64,000 nucleotides of DNA from Eledone cirrhosa (lineage: Eukaryota): assembly GCA_964016885.1 (NCBI GenBank), contig OZ024740.1:158100001-158164000 (forward strand), written 5' to 3'. Made by a program: the position numbers and the translations under genes. Positions 42,125-59,207 of this stretch are shown piece by piece. Numbering within the stretch: position 1 is the stretch's first letter; every line of letters starts with the position of its first letter. The notes beneath the pieces were generated by a model, which did no database searches, was not told the origin of the DNA, and was given only the letters and a program-made list of their open reading frames with translations.

Positions 42125-43108
42125 CCTCCTCCAACCTAGTCTACGGACTTCGCTCGGACAGACTGGACGTCGCCTGGCGGACAGATTTACTGAGCACCTT
42201 CGGGATATTCGTCTCGGTGGTAGTTCCCCCATTGCCCGCCACTTTGGTGCCCCTGGACATTCCGCACACCATCTCACAGTCTGTGGCCTACTCCAATGCC
42301 ACGGAACACCCGCCAATCTCCTCAGAGTCGAACAACGAACCTTCTTCATCTTACAGACCCACACTCACCCCGGCCTGAACTCCCCACCCTTATTCCTTTA
42401 GCCTTCGACCGCCCCCTCCCCCCACACATATCCCCCACTAACACCACTAACACACCCCTCCTTTTCACCGCCCACCCCACAACTAACAATACTAACACCT
42501 CCACTCCACATCCGACCACCCTTCCCCAACTAACATACTAACATCCCTCCCTCCTCCTTATCACCCGCACACACACACCGGCACATATATACACGCGCTC
42601 ACGCTAAACACACACCCTACTACCACCACTAATCCTCACCCCCACACATCCAACCCACCACCCCGCAACTAACATCACTAACACCCCCTGACCCCAAGCA
42701 CACGAACACACACACACACCCTCTTACACCACCCACCCTACACGCAACTACACCACCTTCAGCCCTCCCCGCTCGGACACTCTGTCTCCCTCTCCCCACT
42801 CCACCCGCCACCACCCCTACACGCCCCACACCCTTCCACCACCTGTTTTACCCCATTTTAATTTTATTTTGATCATGCCTTTATTTTTAATTTCATTTGC
42901 ACCGTTTCCTCTCACCCCCTTTTTGCTATATGTCTCTCCACCACTCCCCTACACACCCTTTGAACTCTCTTCCCACACACTTTTCACCTGAAGAAGGGTT
43001 TATGCCCGAAACGTCGTTCCCCACAACCACCCCACTCTCAAGAGTGTGAAATTAATAAACATTTGTTTGTACTGCCTCTCTCTTTTTTTCCCGTTCAATT
43101 TTTCATTA
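42125..43108 (+). mobile_element. Neptune-like PLE 3' fragment (GIY-YIG C-half, 3' UTR, minimal HHR 42985-43018)
   Basis: GQTGRRLADRFTEHLRDI...PIARHF...HS...L.V.GL..C.......VEQ..FFILQT..HPGLN. CTGAAGA agggtttatgccc GAAA CG TC; AATAAA downstream. Confidence 0.85.
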
Positions 43109-43504
43109 TATATATATATATATATATATACAAGTTTATCCCGGGTTCAATCGGAAGTAACCACAGTAAGTAAGGTACGCAACAGTTAATGAATATACTA
43201 ACATCACTACTATCTCCCATAAGCGTTGTACTCCTGTAAGTTACCTTAGTTTTCTCTTATAAAATTATCTATCGTTTCGTTTCGTCTGTTCGTCTTCCTT
43301 CTCAGAAAAGTCTTTTTCAGTGGTCTTGTTAAACGATCATGTATTTCGCTTTTGTCTCTCTTCGTTGTTATAGACTCACCTCCAATTTACCCCCCCCCCC
43401 CCCTCCGTCTATATAATTAGTCGTAAAATTTTCGGTATGTCTATAAACTCTCCGCACATCTTTACGTTCCCTTTTATGTTTTCTTTTTCACTATCGCGCA
43501 TGCG

Positions 43505-43587
<83 letters not shown>

Positions 43588-44463
43588 TGCGTGTTCGCTT
43601 GTGCGTGCGTGTGTTGTGTGTGTGTGTATGTATGACTGGATGTGTACCTGCGTGTTTAGCGTAAGAGGGGGTGTATGGTGGGGCTGGTGTTCTGACTTGA
43701 ACTATATGTGACATCAACTGCAGCCCTCTTCATATTCCCATTCATCATCACCCCCCTCACCTCTACTATTACTACCACTGCCATTATAATATCATTACTA
43801 TCACCACCATCACTATCACCAACTAAGATTACTACCATCATTATTGCTATCGCCACAATCACTCCACCATCAACATTACTGCCATTATTACTACCATCAT
43901 AACACATATCATTGCCATCACCATCACAACTACAACGGTAGTCTCTATGACCCTGGTCGGTTAACCTGCTAGAAACAGCAACCCGATCCCTGTTAAAATC
44001 TCCCCGGCCGTTTGAAACGGTTGAATACATTGGATACTATGCCGTATTAACCTAGTAACAAGAGTAGCATTTGCTATGGGTCTCGCATTTTCAGGGACTA
44101 TGCACCAAATGCTTTCATCTATAGTACTATACTACACTTAACATTTATATCTCATTAAAAAAAAATCGAGTCTCTTTGTAATATGTTACAGGCCTCGCAC
44201 TAATCTAATCAGGCAAGAATTGTGTTGGGTAGTCCTAGAATTTAAAAAAAAAATAGATGTGATAGTCAAGACTGGGATGTCATTGTTTGCACGTATACTT
44301 GATAAGAATTGACCAGTAGTTAAACAACAACAATGGCACTAACAACACCCACCCATCGTATATCCCGTTACTTTCGAGTAATTATAGTTCCCTCATTCAT
44401 GAAAATGTTTTCACACTCCTGCACACGCATGAATACATACATACATACACACACATATATATG

Positions 44464-44552
<89 letters not shown>

Positions 44553-44821
44553 ATAGAATAGAAAACGAAAAATCAGTGATGCATCTGCATTCAATTTATT
44601 GTGTGTTACAATTGTTTCGCCGGCGGACAGCTCGAGACGCGATCATTGTGTGGATCTGTCTGATTCTGGACCCGCACGTTCGACAGACACGTCTAATGAT
44701 TTCGGAGCATATTCTCTCACTGCACTTATTTTTCGTTTTCTATTCTACCATACTCTGCTCTGTAAGAGCATAGAGTGCTCAACCGGCATACCGCCTATGG
44801 AAGCATCTTAGCTAACATCAG

Positions 44822-44822
<1 letters not shown>
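44553..44822 (+). mobile_element. Fold-back copy of the 38568/46532 HHR family
   Basis: Inverted HHR segment followed by the forward tail (ACTCTGCTCTGTAAGA...GCATACCGCCTATGGAAGCATC); arms TAGAATAGAAAACGAAAAAT / ATTTTTCGTTTTCTATTCTA. Confidence 0.8.
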
Positions 44823-44895
<73 letters not shown>

Positions 44896-45539
44896 TGGAA
44901 AATGTGTGAGATCCTTGGTACAGTTAGGTATATTTGAAAAAAAGGAAAATAATGATTTAATGTTATAATATAATATTATAATATTATGAGTTGGTAGATC
45001 CAGTAAGTTCTTTGTTAGCTTCGATGGGAAGAATTTTAGAGATTCCTGGTTAACTTGGGTTGGAGAACTTTCTCGCATTCGTCTGTCTGTGGCGATTGTC
45101 AAACTGAGATCAGGTTGTGTTGAAATATGTGACTATATATAAGAGAGATTTGGATGTGACTGAGGTGTGGCGTGTAGTGTTAATGAGTGTTGATGATGAT
45201 GAAGGTCCGGAGGAATTAAAGTATACACACACACACACACACGCACGTACACACACACACATATATATACACTCAGAAAATGGTGAGGTTGTAAGATAAG
45301 GGTGTTTGAGAAGGTGGTCGTAATCCTACTCTCCTGCTGGTTTTATTTCAGTAGCTGACCTTTGATGAGTTTATAATGGTATAGCTGAATCAACTCTTCC
45401 AAATCCATAAAGAATATCTTTTACAAATTTCTATATCAAAGATGAATTTAGGTGCTTGTCTGGGTTTTAATGAGGTGTAAGATACATGTCTCTTGATAAG
45501 AATGGGATGACAGGAAAAAGAGAAAAGAAGGATAATTTG

Positions 45540-45940
45540 GGAACATTTGTCAAAGATGTGTTGTTGATATTGGTCTGGGAGAGGGAATGTGGGGGGACAT
45601 GCTGGCTGTGTCACAACATACACACAGAAACAAGATGGCGTAGGACAGAATAAAGGAGAGGCACAAAAACAAAGAAAGGAATCCCCAGTCACTGAGGAGG
45701 TCACAGAATGTGTGACGAAAGAACTTTGACAATATATAAACAACCATCTGGTTGTGGAACCAACCAACCAACCGGAAATTTATAAATTCCTAAATTTATA
45801 AATTTATTATAATAAATTGAAGTAAAAGCAACTGGTGCGTGTGTTCCTTATTGGCAACATGACCCTCCCAAAGTATAACAATATCGGTTTCAACACACGT
45901 TTTCAGATAAAGAATCTTGCTAAACAAATTCAGAAACGAT
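45540..45940 (+). mobile_element. Family E, non-inverted copy with HHR motif 45688-45730
   Basis: GTCA CTGAGGA ggtcacagaatgtgtgac GAAA GAAC TT TGAC; downstream nearly identical to 13180-13399. Confidence 0.8.
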
Positions 45941-45965
45941 ATATATATATATATATATATATATA

Positions 45966-46273
45966 GTAAGGTGCAATATTGGTTGTGTAAAATGGTCCAA
46001 TAATTTTATTTTAGCAATATTAAGTTCTCCACGCTTTTGTATATCTCCAATTCCATTCGAGGGAACAGCTAGATGATGTAAAACGGGGTATAAGTATCAA
46101 AATGAAAATCCGAAGGCAAGGTAAAATTCCAATCATTTAATCACGACACATGTTTCAAAAAGAGATAGATCGATTCTGAAGCCAAGCTTCACGATCGATC
46201 TATCTCTTATTGAAACATGTGTCGTGATTAAATGATTGGAATTTTACCTTGCCTTCGGATTTTCATTTTGATA
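45966..46273 (-). mobile_element. Fold-back element retaining only the 3' half of an HHR in each arm
   Basis: Arms 46095-46174 / 46194-46273 each contain GAAA CATGTG TC; tail 45966-46094; TA-flanked. Confidence 0.8.
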
Positions 46274-46811
46274 TATATATATATATATGTTTTCTTCGGA
46301 AAATATATTTATTCCATTCCAGAAACTAATTAGTTGGAAGTGATATTTTAGTAAGTAAGTTAATTTTATAATTTTCCATATATATATACATATATATATA
46401 CACACTCATATATATATACATATATATATATACACACACACATATACGTGCACATACATACACACATATACACACACACATAAATATACACACATATATA
46501 CACACACCATATATATATATACTACATATATGCAGGACAAGCGAGGAAGATGTTTTTTGACGCTAACACCCCAGTGAGAAAATTTGATCCGAAATTATTG
46601 ACAGTGTCCAACGAACCTGTAGGTCCAGAATCAGACAGATCCATACAATGATCGTGTCGCGAGCTGTCAGCCGGCGAAACAATTGTAACACACAATAAAC
46701 TGTGTCCAGATGCATCACTGATTTTTCGTTTTATATTATATCACACTCTGCTCTGTAAGAACATGGAGTGCTCAACCGGCATACCGCCTATGGAAGCATC
46801 ATAGCTACCAT

Positions 46812-46891
<80 letters not shown>

Positions 46892-47344
46892 TATTATATT
46901 GAAAATAAAACCAAACACTGCTAATTATACCATATAATATAATTAGCAGTGTTTGGTTTTATTTACCGCTCTACGCCTATACATGAATGTTCATATTAGA
47001 AATTCCTGCTTTTCAAAAATAATAAATTGTGTGTAGCCTTATGTACAGTTTATTGTAAAAATCTCGTATTTTGGGGCTGTTATAACTTCTCCACCTACAA
47101 TTATCTGTTTTCGTTTTTGAAAACGAATTACTATATACTATATATATATTATATATTTATTTATTTATATCCGTATGTAGTTGACGAATGAGAGAAAAGT
47201 GTACGCCATACCGAAGTAGATTTTACATGTTCATTTATTATGGCTAAATAGTGAGTTTTGTTACTTTAGAGTTTCACCTACGCACTTGCAGCATCATCAG
47301 ACAAGAATCTTGTCTGAGCATAATAAATACCCCCCCCCCCCTCA

Positions 47345-47419
<75 letters not shown>

Positions 47420-47465
47420 CACAGACACAGACACACATGTATATATATATATATATATATATATA

Positions 47466-50400
47466 CAGTTCAAGAGTAACCAATCTTAAAGAGAGAGATG
47501 GAGATAGGAGTGGAGATAGGAGAGGAGAGATTGGTGAATTAGTTAGAAGCCAAAGCGTAAAGGCATGTGCTCAATGTGCAATATGCAGTAGAAAGCAGCT
47601 AGGTGGCAGGGTTCATGCAGAAGTTAGGTGCGCAGAGCTGGAAATATTCATTAGTTAAACAAAACAAGACCACAAATTTCACAAGGAAGACATTATTAAA
47701 AGATTGTCAACATATTTTAGATTGATGTAAGGAATGTAGAGAATAATAATGTCCGTTTACAATTGTTTCGCTACTTCATATAATATTTCTGGATCAGATG
47801 ACAATATATCATAATTGATCTGGTTCACTTGAAAAATAATTAACATATTTAAAAGACAGAGCGGCTCATCGGAACTTCAAAGGAATATAAATTAAAATAA
47901 TGAGAGAATGTTACATAATATAATGTTCCATATATTGGTTTTTCACTATGGTGTCTTGGTTGCATCAGTTGTCAGCCATAATCAAGCAGTATTCATCTGT
48001 CGAGGCTACATTGTGTGAGATCTGCCTATGGGTAACAAGATGGCTGCCAAAGGACATATTTACCTTACTAATTAGAGGGTGGTTTCAGGGGAAGCAACTC
48101 CTCGAGAGATTAGAAATTGTGGGTATTTAGGGTTAAGTGCTAATTTTTAAATTTTTTACAATGTAGGGGAGACAATGTAGGGGAGGTAACTTATCTAAGT
48201 TGTTCATAGCTATTTAACTTATTAGCTACAAGTAAAAATGGGGCTAGATGACTAAGTTGGGTCAAATATTCTATTGGCGAAGGAATTAGCCCTCCGTTCT
48301 ATCGTTAATCGGTAGAGGTCGTGATAGAGTTATGTAATATGTTTCTGTAATACAGAGATCACAAGATTTTCTTCGTCCATTGAACGGTTGGGCCCTAGCC
48401 ACGATATCCCATTTTAGTGAGTGTTGAACCTTGTTTAATTTAAGGTTTTTAATGAGCCTAGCTAGCGATGTCGAACATCTGTTGCTAGGGTCTCGGAAGG
48501 AAAAAGAGTGCGCGTTATAGCGTACCTTAAAAGGGTTAGAGGTAGACCCGATATGAGAGCTGATATTCGAAGCAGTTTTAACCGTGCACCTATAGACTAT
48601 GTTGGGTGTTTGGCAGTGTCCATTTAATGGGCATGCATTGGGGTAACGGCAGTTGCAGTTGCTTCTGCGGTTAGTGAGAGTAGGGTAGTTTAACCTAAGC
48701 GGTAGGTCAGTGCTAGACGGATTAGATGGGGGAGGTGTGCTACTAGAGTAATTATTGGTGTAGTGGCGTGGTGTATTTGATAGGGGTGGTGGTACCGCGG
48801 TGTGGGAGTTATAGTGTCTTAGTTTATAATGGGTACTGAATGCGATGTTGCTAGCTAGGTTAGGTGTTGTGGAGAATGAGATTTTAATGTTATTTTTATT
48901 AAAGAGTTTCTAATATCTATGGTGGGGGGGGGGGTTAGATAGGATAGAGAAGAAGCGTTTGGGTATATTAGTGGCTAGATTAGATGAGAATGGGGGGGGT
49001 TAAGCCAAGTGATATTTCTAGGTCTAATCCTTCTAGGGGTTCTAGTGGAGTTGGTAGGGGCCTTCCTAGAGTTATTATTACCTGGGAATTTGTTATTTGT
49101 CATCCCATTTCTCATTCCTATTCTAGGGTTGATTTTTAGTTTGCTACTTGGAGTGGGGAGCAGGCCGCTGCCACCATTAAACTTCCCTGTATAGGTGCTG
49201 TTACTGCTAAAATTCCGGCGAATCTGGCTATATTCTAAGGTATTTCTAGTTCTGGTGTTAAGTTTATTATGGTGAATTGCTGTGTTATGGCATTTAGGTA
49301 TGTAATAAATTGATTGTTCATAACCAGATTCAGAAAGAGCCTTATTATAATATTGTGCATGGTTTATAACTATCTCCTCATTTGCTGATAGCATTGAGAT
49401 CCTATACGAGATAGATTTGATTACTGCTCTGATGACTGCCGGTGGGTGGTTAGAGTGTGGGCTAATATATGTGAGTATTTCACCTGGTTTATGGTAAAGG
49501 TAATATAGGTTATTGTTGAGATCCAGGGTGACGTCTAGGAAGTTTACTACTTTATGGTTCGGCTCGATGGTGATAGAGAGACCGTTATTTTTAAAGAATC
49601 TATGTAATTATTTTTTTAGCAAACCAATGCCCCGATTAGTGCAATTGTGGACTGCAAATAGGGCGTCGTCCATGTATAATCCGCCTTGCAAGGGTTGGAT
49701 TTCGGCTCTGATGTTATGTAATAGGTAAATTCCAACTAAATCGGTGATTTGCGCGGAGTCACTTGAGCCCATCGTAATGTCAAAGTTGTCTGTTCTATCT
49801 TTTCTAGTCCAGAGTGCTCCGTTGAATTCAATGATAGTCTGCCTAGCCATAAGTATGATGTTAATCTCATTATTGGTTATGTCCGACTTGGTGCTGGCTA
49901 GGGTTAATGCTTTGTTGAGCAGTTCCGGGGTTATTGACGCGTAATAGCTGTCGATGTCAAATTGGATGAACCTCATAGATTGCTTGGACCTTAGATCGGA
50001 GAACCATCTAATGACTTGGCCGGTGTTGGACCACAACTTGTAGGTGATATCATCCCGTAGCCCAGGTATTATCCTATCAAGGATGTTCTTACTGATGCGG
50101 CCCATGTCAGATGTGGTTGGGCTTATAAGTCTAATAGATGGGTTCTCTATAAAGTTTGGCTTATGATCCTTGAGAGAGAACCTTGGGGTTGTTGGTACAT
50201 AAGGGTGGGTAAATCTTTCCAGATGCAAGTCCTTAACCAAAGCCTGGGTTTTTCGGTTAAGTACGTTTACACTGGAGGGTATAGTTTTTTTAATAGTTTT
50301 TATTGACTTCTTTAAGAAGGAAAGAGTTGTAAGTTTCAGGAGTCATGGTGTATAGATTTTTAGTTTTATCAGACATAACATGTAAGAGGTGGCTATCTTT

Positions 50401-50758
50401 AAATTTTTTTATATTTGTTGCTAATTTAGTGAGGAAATTATTCTTGTGTCTATAATGCTTTTTGAATTTAATGCTCCTGACGAAGTTGAATAGATCTTTC
50501 TCAAAAGGGTCCGATGAGCCGCTCTGTCTTTTAAATATGTTAATTATTTTCAAGTGAACCAGATCAATTATGATATATAGTCATCTGATCCAGAAATATT
50601 ATATGGAGTAGCGAAACAATTGTAAACGGACATTATTATTATTAATATTATTATTATTATTTTTCTCTACATTCCTTACATCAAACTAAAATATGTTGAC
50701 AATCTTTTAATAATGTCTTCCTTGTGAAGTTTGTGGTCTTGTTTTGCTTAACTAATGA

Positions 50759-50760
<2 letters not shown>
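47466..50760 (-). mobile_element. Near-complete Naiad-like PLE (RT + GIY-YIG, frameshifted) with inverted terminal copy
   Basis: SDKT motif (50290-50509); RT FIQFDIDSYY / FDITMGSSDSAQITDLVG / GGLYMDD (49608-50240); EN NCNCRYPNACPLNGHCQTPNIVYRC...HIGST (48290-48660); inverted repeats 47645-47873 / 50510-50762. Confidence 0.93.
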
Positions 50761-50789
<29 letters not shown>

Positions 50790-51868
50790 TGTATATATAT
50801 ATATATATACACATACACATGTGTGTGTGTATATATATATATACAAATTCCCAGACCTCATTCACTTAACGTGTGGGGTAGAGCTAGTCAAATCGGACCG
50901 AGGAAACAATGTTTCCATTGGTCTTTCCAATTGCTAATGGTATCTGTCGGTCGCAACTCCAGGCAGAAGGAGCAACGTGAAATAGTGTCTTGCTCAAGCA
51001 CATATCGCATCGCCCAGTCTGGGAATCGAAATCATAACTTCACGATTTCGAATCAAATTCTCTAACGACTCAGCCACAAGCCTTCACATATATATATCAG
51101 ATTGGAAGCGGTAAAAACCAGTTAGGCCATTACTCACCAGAGTACTCGGTACTTGGGGTAGTAGAGTGGGTAATATGAAAGAAATTCGGGACCCCGAGGG
51201 CTGAGCTCCTGCCGTTTCGACAGATCTAGCTGTGTTGAACCTTCAGGTGCTCTTTCGCCGGGGTCCCGAATTCTTTTCCGAAGGAGGAGGAGGATATATA
51301 TATATATATGTGTGTTATGAGTAAGTAAATAAAATAATTCAAATGTTTTTCCAAACCCACATTGTGTTTAATTATAATTGAAAACAATATGCATAAATCC
51401 CAAATACTCAAATTCCCACATCCCAGTCATCCAGAATATGTGATATTTACTTCAGGTTGGGAACACCTAACATAAATGTATGTGTTTGAAAAGGTTATCA
51501 CACAACCATATAATTTAAGTTAAAAGCATGCGTTTTAAAGAAATTAATCGTATTGCCAAGCGCCCCCGCAAGATCGGAACGTCAGCAGCCTGTCTGAGGA
51601 AGGAGCCCCGCGAGGTGGGGTGGGAGTTGCAGTGGGTGTTGCTGGCCATTGTCCGCGGGAATGCTTTTGCAGTCTTGTCCTCGGGGCACAGCTCCAATAC
51701 CACCAAGCCCTAGCCCCCTCCTCATTCTTCTGTGACCCTAGAGCCCTTGCCTATCCCTTTCCTTTTCCGTTTTCATAACCACAATAGACACTTGAATTTT
51801 TTACAATAAATCACTGGATTATATATGAATCAACTAAAATGCATCCATGTTTTTTTTTTCCTTTCAAG

Positions 51869-52012
51869 TGTTTTTCGTTCTGAACTGTTTTGCGCAACTC
51901 ACCACCCATCGAAAACTGACTCTGATTGGTTGTGTTTTTGTTGTGACGGCTTACATCATAGAATCCTTCAGCTCATCAATTATTGTTCTAGCCGCTGGTC
52001 ACAGCCTTTCAG
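51869..52012 (+). CDS. SLC16/MCT-like gene, internal exon (TM3-TM4)
   Basis: Polypyrimidine tract + aAG acceptor, donor cag|GTAAGT. (V)FFVLNCFAQLTTHRKLTLIGCVFVVTAYIIESFSSSIIVLAAGHSLS(G); phase 1/1. Confidence 0.8.
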
Positions 52013-52455
52013 GTAAGTACCGTACATTTCTCAATATCACGCACTAGGACGTTGGTAGAGAACAAGAACAATAGTGCAGTGCGTATATATAACTAATTAG
52101 ATTTATGGCTAACCCAAACGAAAAACAATTAGAGCCTATCACAATTTTCAAGTCTTCGATACTGGAAGATTTATCTTAAAATCCTCTGCTCAGATGAGAA
52201 ATGATCAAATACTTGCATTAATGTACTGATGTAGGCATAATCGATTTTTCACTTCTTCTCCAAATAGTTGGTCCTGTATCTAAATTAGGAACTATTATAT
52301 ACACTAGAGTATGATATAACAGGATTTTGAAACGATTCCAGATATTTCGGGTGAAACAGAATTTCTGCTATAGAAATATTGTTCAAATAATAATATATAT
52401 AATACTTATGGAACCCTCTTCGGATTTTAATCTTCACATTTTATTATACTATAGT

Positions 52456-53048
52456 ATCTTTGTTCGATACACGATATCTTTAACATAAAGAAGCCCAAGG
52501 GAATGATATCTGATGAACTAGGTGGTCAGGGAATTGGGCCATTCCTTCCAATCCACCAGTCTGGAAATGTTTGAATTAGGAACCTACGAACATGCAGTCC
52601 ACAATGCGGTGGTTCAACATCTTGCTGGAAAATGATTGTTGGTTGAAGGTCATCTAGTTGTGGTGTCACATATTCAGTCAAAAGGTCAAGGTAAACATTT
52701 GCAGTAATTGATGTCTCGTTGAAGAAAAATGGACCAATAATTCGATTGCAAATAATCTCACACCATACGGTGGATCCCTTCTATACGTAGTTCTGTAGTT
52801 TCGTTGAGTCTGCGTATCCGATTTTGTTTCAACCATGACACACACTGTGGGTTTTCTTGAGGAGTAGCCATTTTTTAGGGGTTCATTTAACAGTACCTCT
52901 TTCATCAACAGAATACCAGAAATGCATAAATGCAGTTTGATTAAAAACTTTGATAACTACTAATAACATAGAACAAATCTGATTAAGATATCTAGTCAAT
53001 TGCTTTTGTAATATATTTTTTAAATTGTAAAGAGACTTTATGGACACC

Positions 53049-53052
<4 letters not shown>
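52456..53052 (-). mobile_element. Internally deleted Tc1/mariner transposon relic
   Basis: TIR-like AGGGTGTCCATAAAGTC at a TA; MATPQE.PQCVSW/ETKSDTQTQRN (ATG 52871); FQQDVEPPH...FP.WWIGR.GPIP*PP.S.DI.PL.FF/YVKDIVY. Confidence 0.85.
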
Positions 53053-53116
<64 letters not shown>

Positions 53117-53156
53117 TATTGAACACTTTTTCTATACCAGTAATTCCCTATATATA

Positions 53157-56013
<2,857 letters not shown>

Positions 56014-56016
<3 letters not shown>

Positions 56017-56336
56017 CGAGAGTGCAAGAGAAGGAGAGGGAGAAAATTAACCGATACCAGGACCTAAAGTGGGAGGTGAAAAGGATTTGGAACTGCCATG
56101 AAGTCAAAGTGATCCCGATTGTCATAGGCGCACTGGGGACTATCTCCAAAAGTTTCCAGGGATGGTTAAAGAAAATCGGCCCCTTCACGCTTTTTGGAAC
56201 GCTTCAAAAGGCATGCTTGCTTGGAACAGCAAGAACCCTCCGATACGTCCTGAATATCTGAGGCTGCAGGTAGTGGCTTGATATTCAATCCAACGGACTT
56301 TCCAGTTAACCAACATCAATGACTGAGATTCAAGGA
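56014..56336 (+). mobile_element. R4/Dong-like non-LTR retrotransposon 3' end in (TAA)n
   Basis: KEREKINRYQDL..E..RIW....V.VIPIVIGALG.......LQKACLLGTARTLR, typical of the restriction-like endonuclease C-terminus; (TAA)n on both sides. Confidence 0.88.
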
Positions 56337-56420
56337 ATAACAACAATAATAATAATAATATGGAAAATGATGTTATTATTATTACTAATATGTTTAACCC
56401 GAGATAAACATGTGTGTGTG

Positions 56421-56509
<89 letters not shown>

Positions 56510-56513
<4 letters not shown>

Positions 56514-57004
56514 TTAAGGATACTATTTATGGTTATGTATATACTAAAACTTTTTATAGTTATATATATTTTAAAACTTAAACAGTGAAAGACAGTAATT
56601 TATTACTACCTTATTACCAGTAAGATAAATAGCACAATGTAATAACATCAGTTGTTCTACAGAGCAGTTATGTAGAATTCACAGGAATCAAAGTTATGTT
56701 CAAACCATTTATTAGCTTACAATTGTTTCATCCAAACCAAGGTTGTATTTTAATTTTAATTTTGCTTTGATTCTGTTTTAATATGATTTTAATTTTTGAA
56801 TTTAAATTGCCATTCAGAAATAATATAATATATGTCACCCCACTGTGCATCAATATATACATATGTATCTGTATGTATCTTGCGTTGGAAAGGAGGTCAT
56901 GTATGTATACAAACATTGAAAAATGCTCCGAAGACTCCAAACCTCGGTTTGGATGAAACAATTGTAAGCTAATAAATGGTTTGAACATAACTTTGATTCC
57001 TGTG

Positions 57005-57008
<4 letters not shown>
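56510..57008 (-). mobile_element. Fold-back element, family N, HHR on plus strand 56925-56969
   Basis: GCT CCGAAGA c tccaaac ctcg gtttgga t GAAA CAATTG TA AGC; arms ~56676-56745 / 56939-57008. Confidence 0.83.
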
Positions 57009-57072
<64 letters not shown>

Positions 57073-57164
57073 TATATTATATTAAAATTAAATGAGCAAA
57101 AACTTTAATTCTGGATGTAAGACAGATGAAAAATGTTTCTATCTAACCTCGCCTATATATAGAT

Positions 57165-57243
57165 CTCCCTACCATGGTTTCGTATGGGGAAGAATACTTA
57201 TTGGAGCCACCAATTGAAAAATCTGCTATACTCTTCAGGGGAG
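57165..57243 (-). ncRNA. Canonical-core type I hammerhead ribozyme
   Basis: Minus: CTCCC CTGAAGA GTAT...ATAC GAAA CCATGG TA GGGAG. Confidence 0.82.
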
Positions 57244-58208
57244 TTTAATTCTTCAAGTCTAAGAGAAATGGAACAAGATATAATACATACTGTTTCCAAA
57301 GCCGAGACATCATGATGAAATAATAACACGCAAATCTCTTAAGATATTATGACAACTTAACAGGCTTATAATATCGCTAGGAATAGCAGCCAAAAGACTG
57401 TCTGGTACAGCTCGACAAATTTCGAAACAGTTTAAGTTAAAAGTTAATTAGTCTCTGATACCCGTGAGGTTTGTGTCATATGTAGGACATTTTAGAAATT
57501 CGGCATGTAATAACTGCATATACCCAGGTATAGATACAAAAACATATGTACCTGTACACCTATAATTCAAAACATACAGATCCACACAAACAATCACATT
57601 CATATCCACACACACAAACACATATAGACATATATACGTATTTACTTAGTTGATGTTGTCTAAATTCCAATGAAAGAGTCTTGTTTTTCTGTTAAAAAAC
57701 GATTTCCTCTCTCTATTGAGAGTACTGTGTTCAATTTCATCGACTAAGAAAGTCTTTGAGTCGGTTCCCAGCATGACACCAGATAAAAGGCTGGAACTAG
57801 TTACAAATAAAATGTGTATATATACATTTACACACATTACACATCCACGCACACATGAATACATACATACATAGATCGTTTGCTTCAGTCAGTCATTGCT
57901 CTACCCTGGCTATTTAAAATCTTTTCCCCACTGTTCAGCTGCTTCGAGAGAAATACGCCTCGAGTAATCAGCTGTCTGGACCAAATAGGGAAACAGTATA
58001 TTATATACATACCTTACCAGTATACGTCGGCGAAAGAGTTATTTGGGCAATTTGGAATGTACTGTACCGCGCTAGCGCACTGCTCATTGGAAAAAATCGG
58101 TTTCGGTTCTCATATATATATATATATATGCATAAAACATATATACGCACACTTACACACACACACACACACGCACACACACACACACGCACACACACAC
58201 ACACACGC

Positions 58209-58240
<32 letters not shown>

Positions 58241-58262
58241 GCGCACGCACACGCACACACGC

Positions 58263-58345
<83 letters not shown>

Positions 58346-58346
<1 letters not shown>

Positions 58347-59207
58347 CTACTATATAAATGCCAATTTCTGTCTGTCTGTGTATCTGTGTATATATGTGTA
58401 TAACCAGTTGGCGGCTACACCAGTGATCCAATCTTGATGAAACTTTACACACATGTTAAGTTAATATTCAGAAACAGGACTGGTTAATTGGATTTCAATA
58501 AAAATTAATAATGGAACCCCCTGGGGACATCTTTACAGTAGAGGGGGAAAGAGAAGACGTTTCAGTGAGAGAGGGGGAAGAGGAGATACAACTACTGTAT
58601 TTTAAACCCTCCCTCCTACTACTCCCCTTCCTCCTCCCACAACTTAGTCCTCCAAAACGAGGCAACAACTTATTAGAAATATACATAAAGAAATGTTGGT
58701 TGATGTCTGAACATTAAGGTCAACTGCAGGAATCGGTGATAAGTTACAAAAAAGTGTGATGATCAATGACCTGGAAGATACCATGAGATTAGTTCGAAGA
58801 ATAAAAACCGAAATCGTATGTTGACGAATATTCGTACTCCCTGCATGTTAATTGTAACATGCCGTCTTTGAGAGTAGAGTTTATTTTGTCCCTATTTCGA
58901 GGTGTCGGATCGTGGGAAGATGAACACGAATTAAGAAGATATAACTTCTCCCCCATTACTGACACTTTGCAACAGTGAACGTTACAAGGCCCTCTTTAGG
59001 GCCAACACTACTGATTATTATGGTGTGTTTTCTCAGGTTATGTCTACTATAGTTCCACACAAAAAATTGATCTGCCATAAACACACCTAGCAAGGGTTGC
59101 TATTGAAAATCTAGTATGGGCACCCAGGGTCGCTAGCATTTTCAGGCGCACTCTGGGAACTGCGAATAACCCCACCTTTCCCGGGTATTACCGCGTACTG
59201 CAGCTAG
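58346..59207 (+). mobile_element. Non-autonomous Helitron
   Basis: a|TCTACTATATAAA start; CTGT repeats and AAACTTTACACA as in the 22400 copy; GC-rich subterminal motif; CTAG|t end. Confidence 0.7.

Noticed and set aside
47645-50762. DNA transposon with long TIRs
   Set aside because: The interior encodes RT and GIY-YIG, not a transposase, and the repeats are asymmetric.
55951-56188. N-terminus of the 594-aa ORF as a novel fusion domain
   Set aside because: Chance read-through across (TA)n, (TAA)n and the antisense of a Dong-like fragment.
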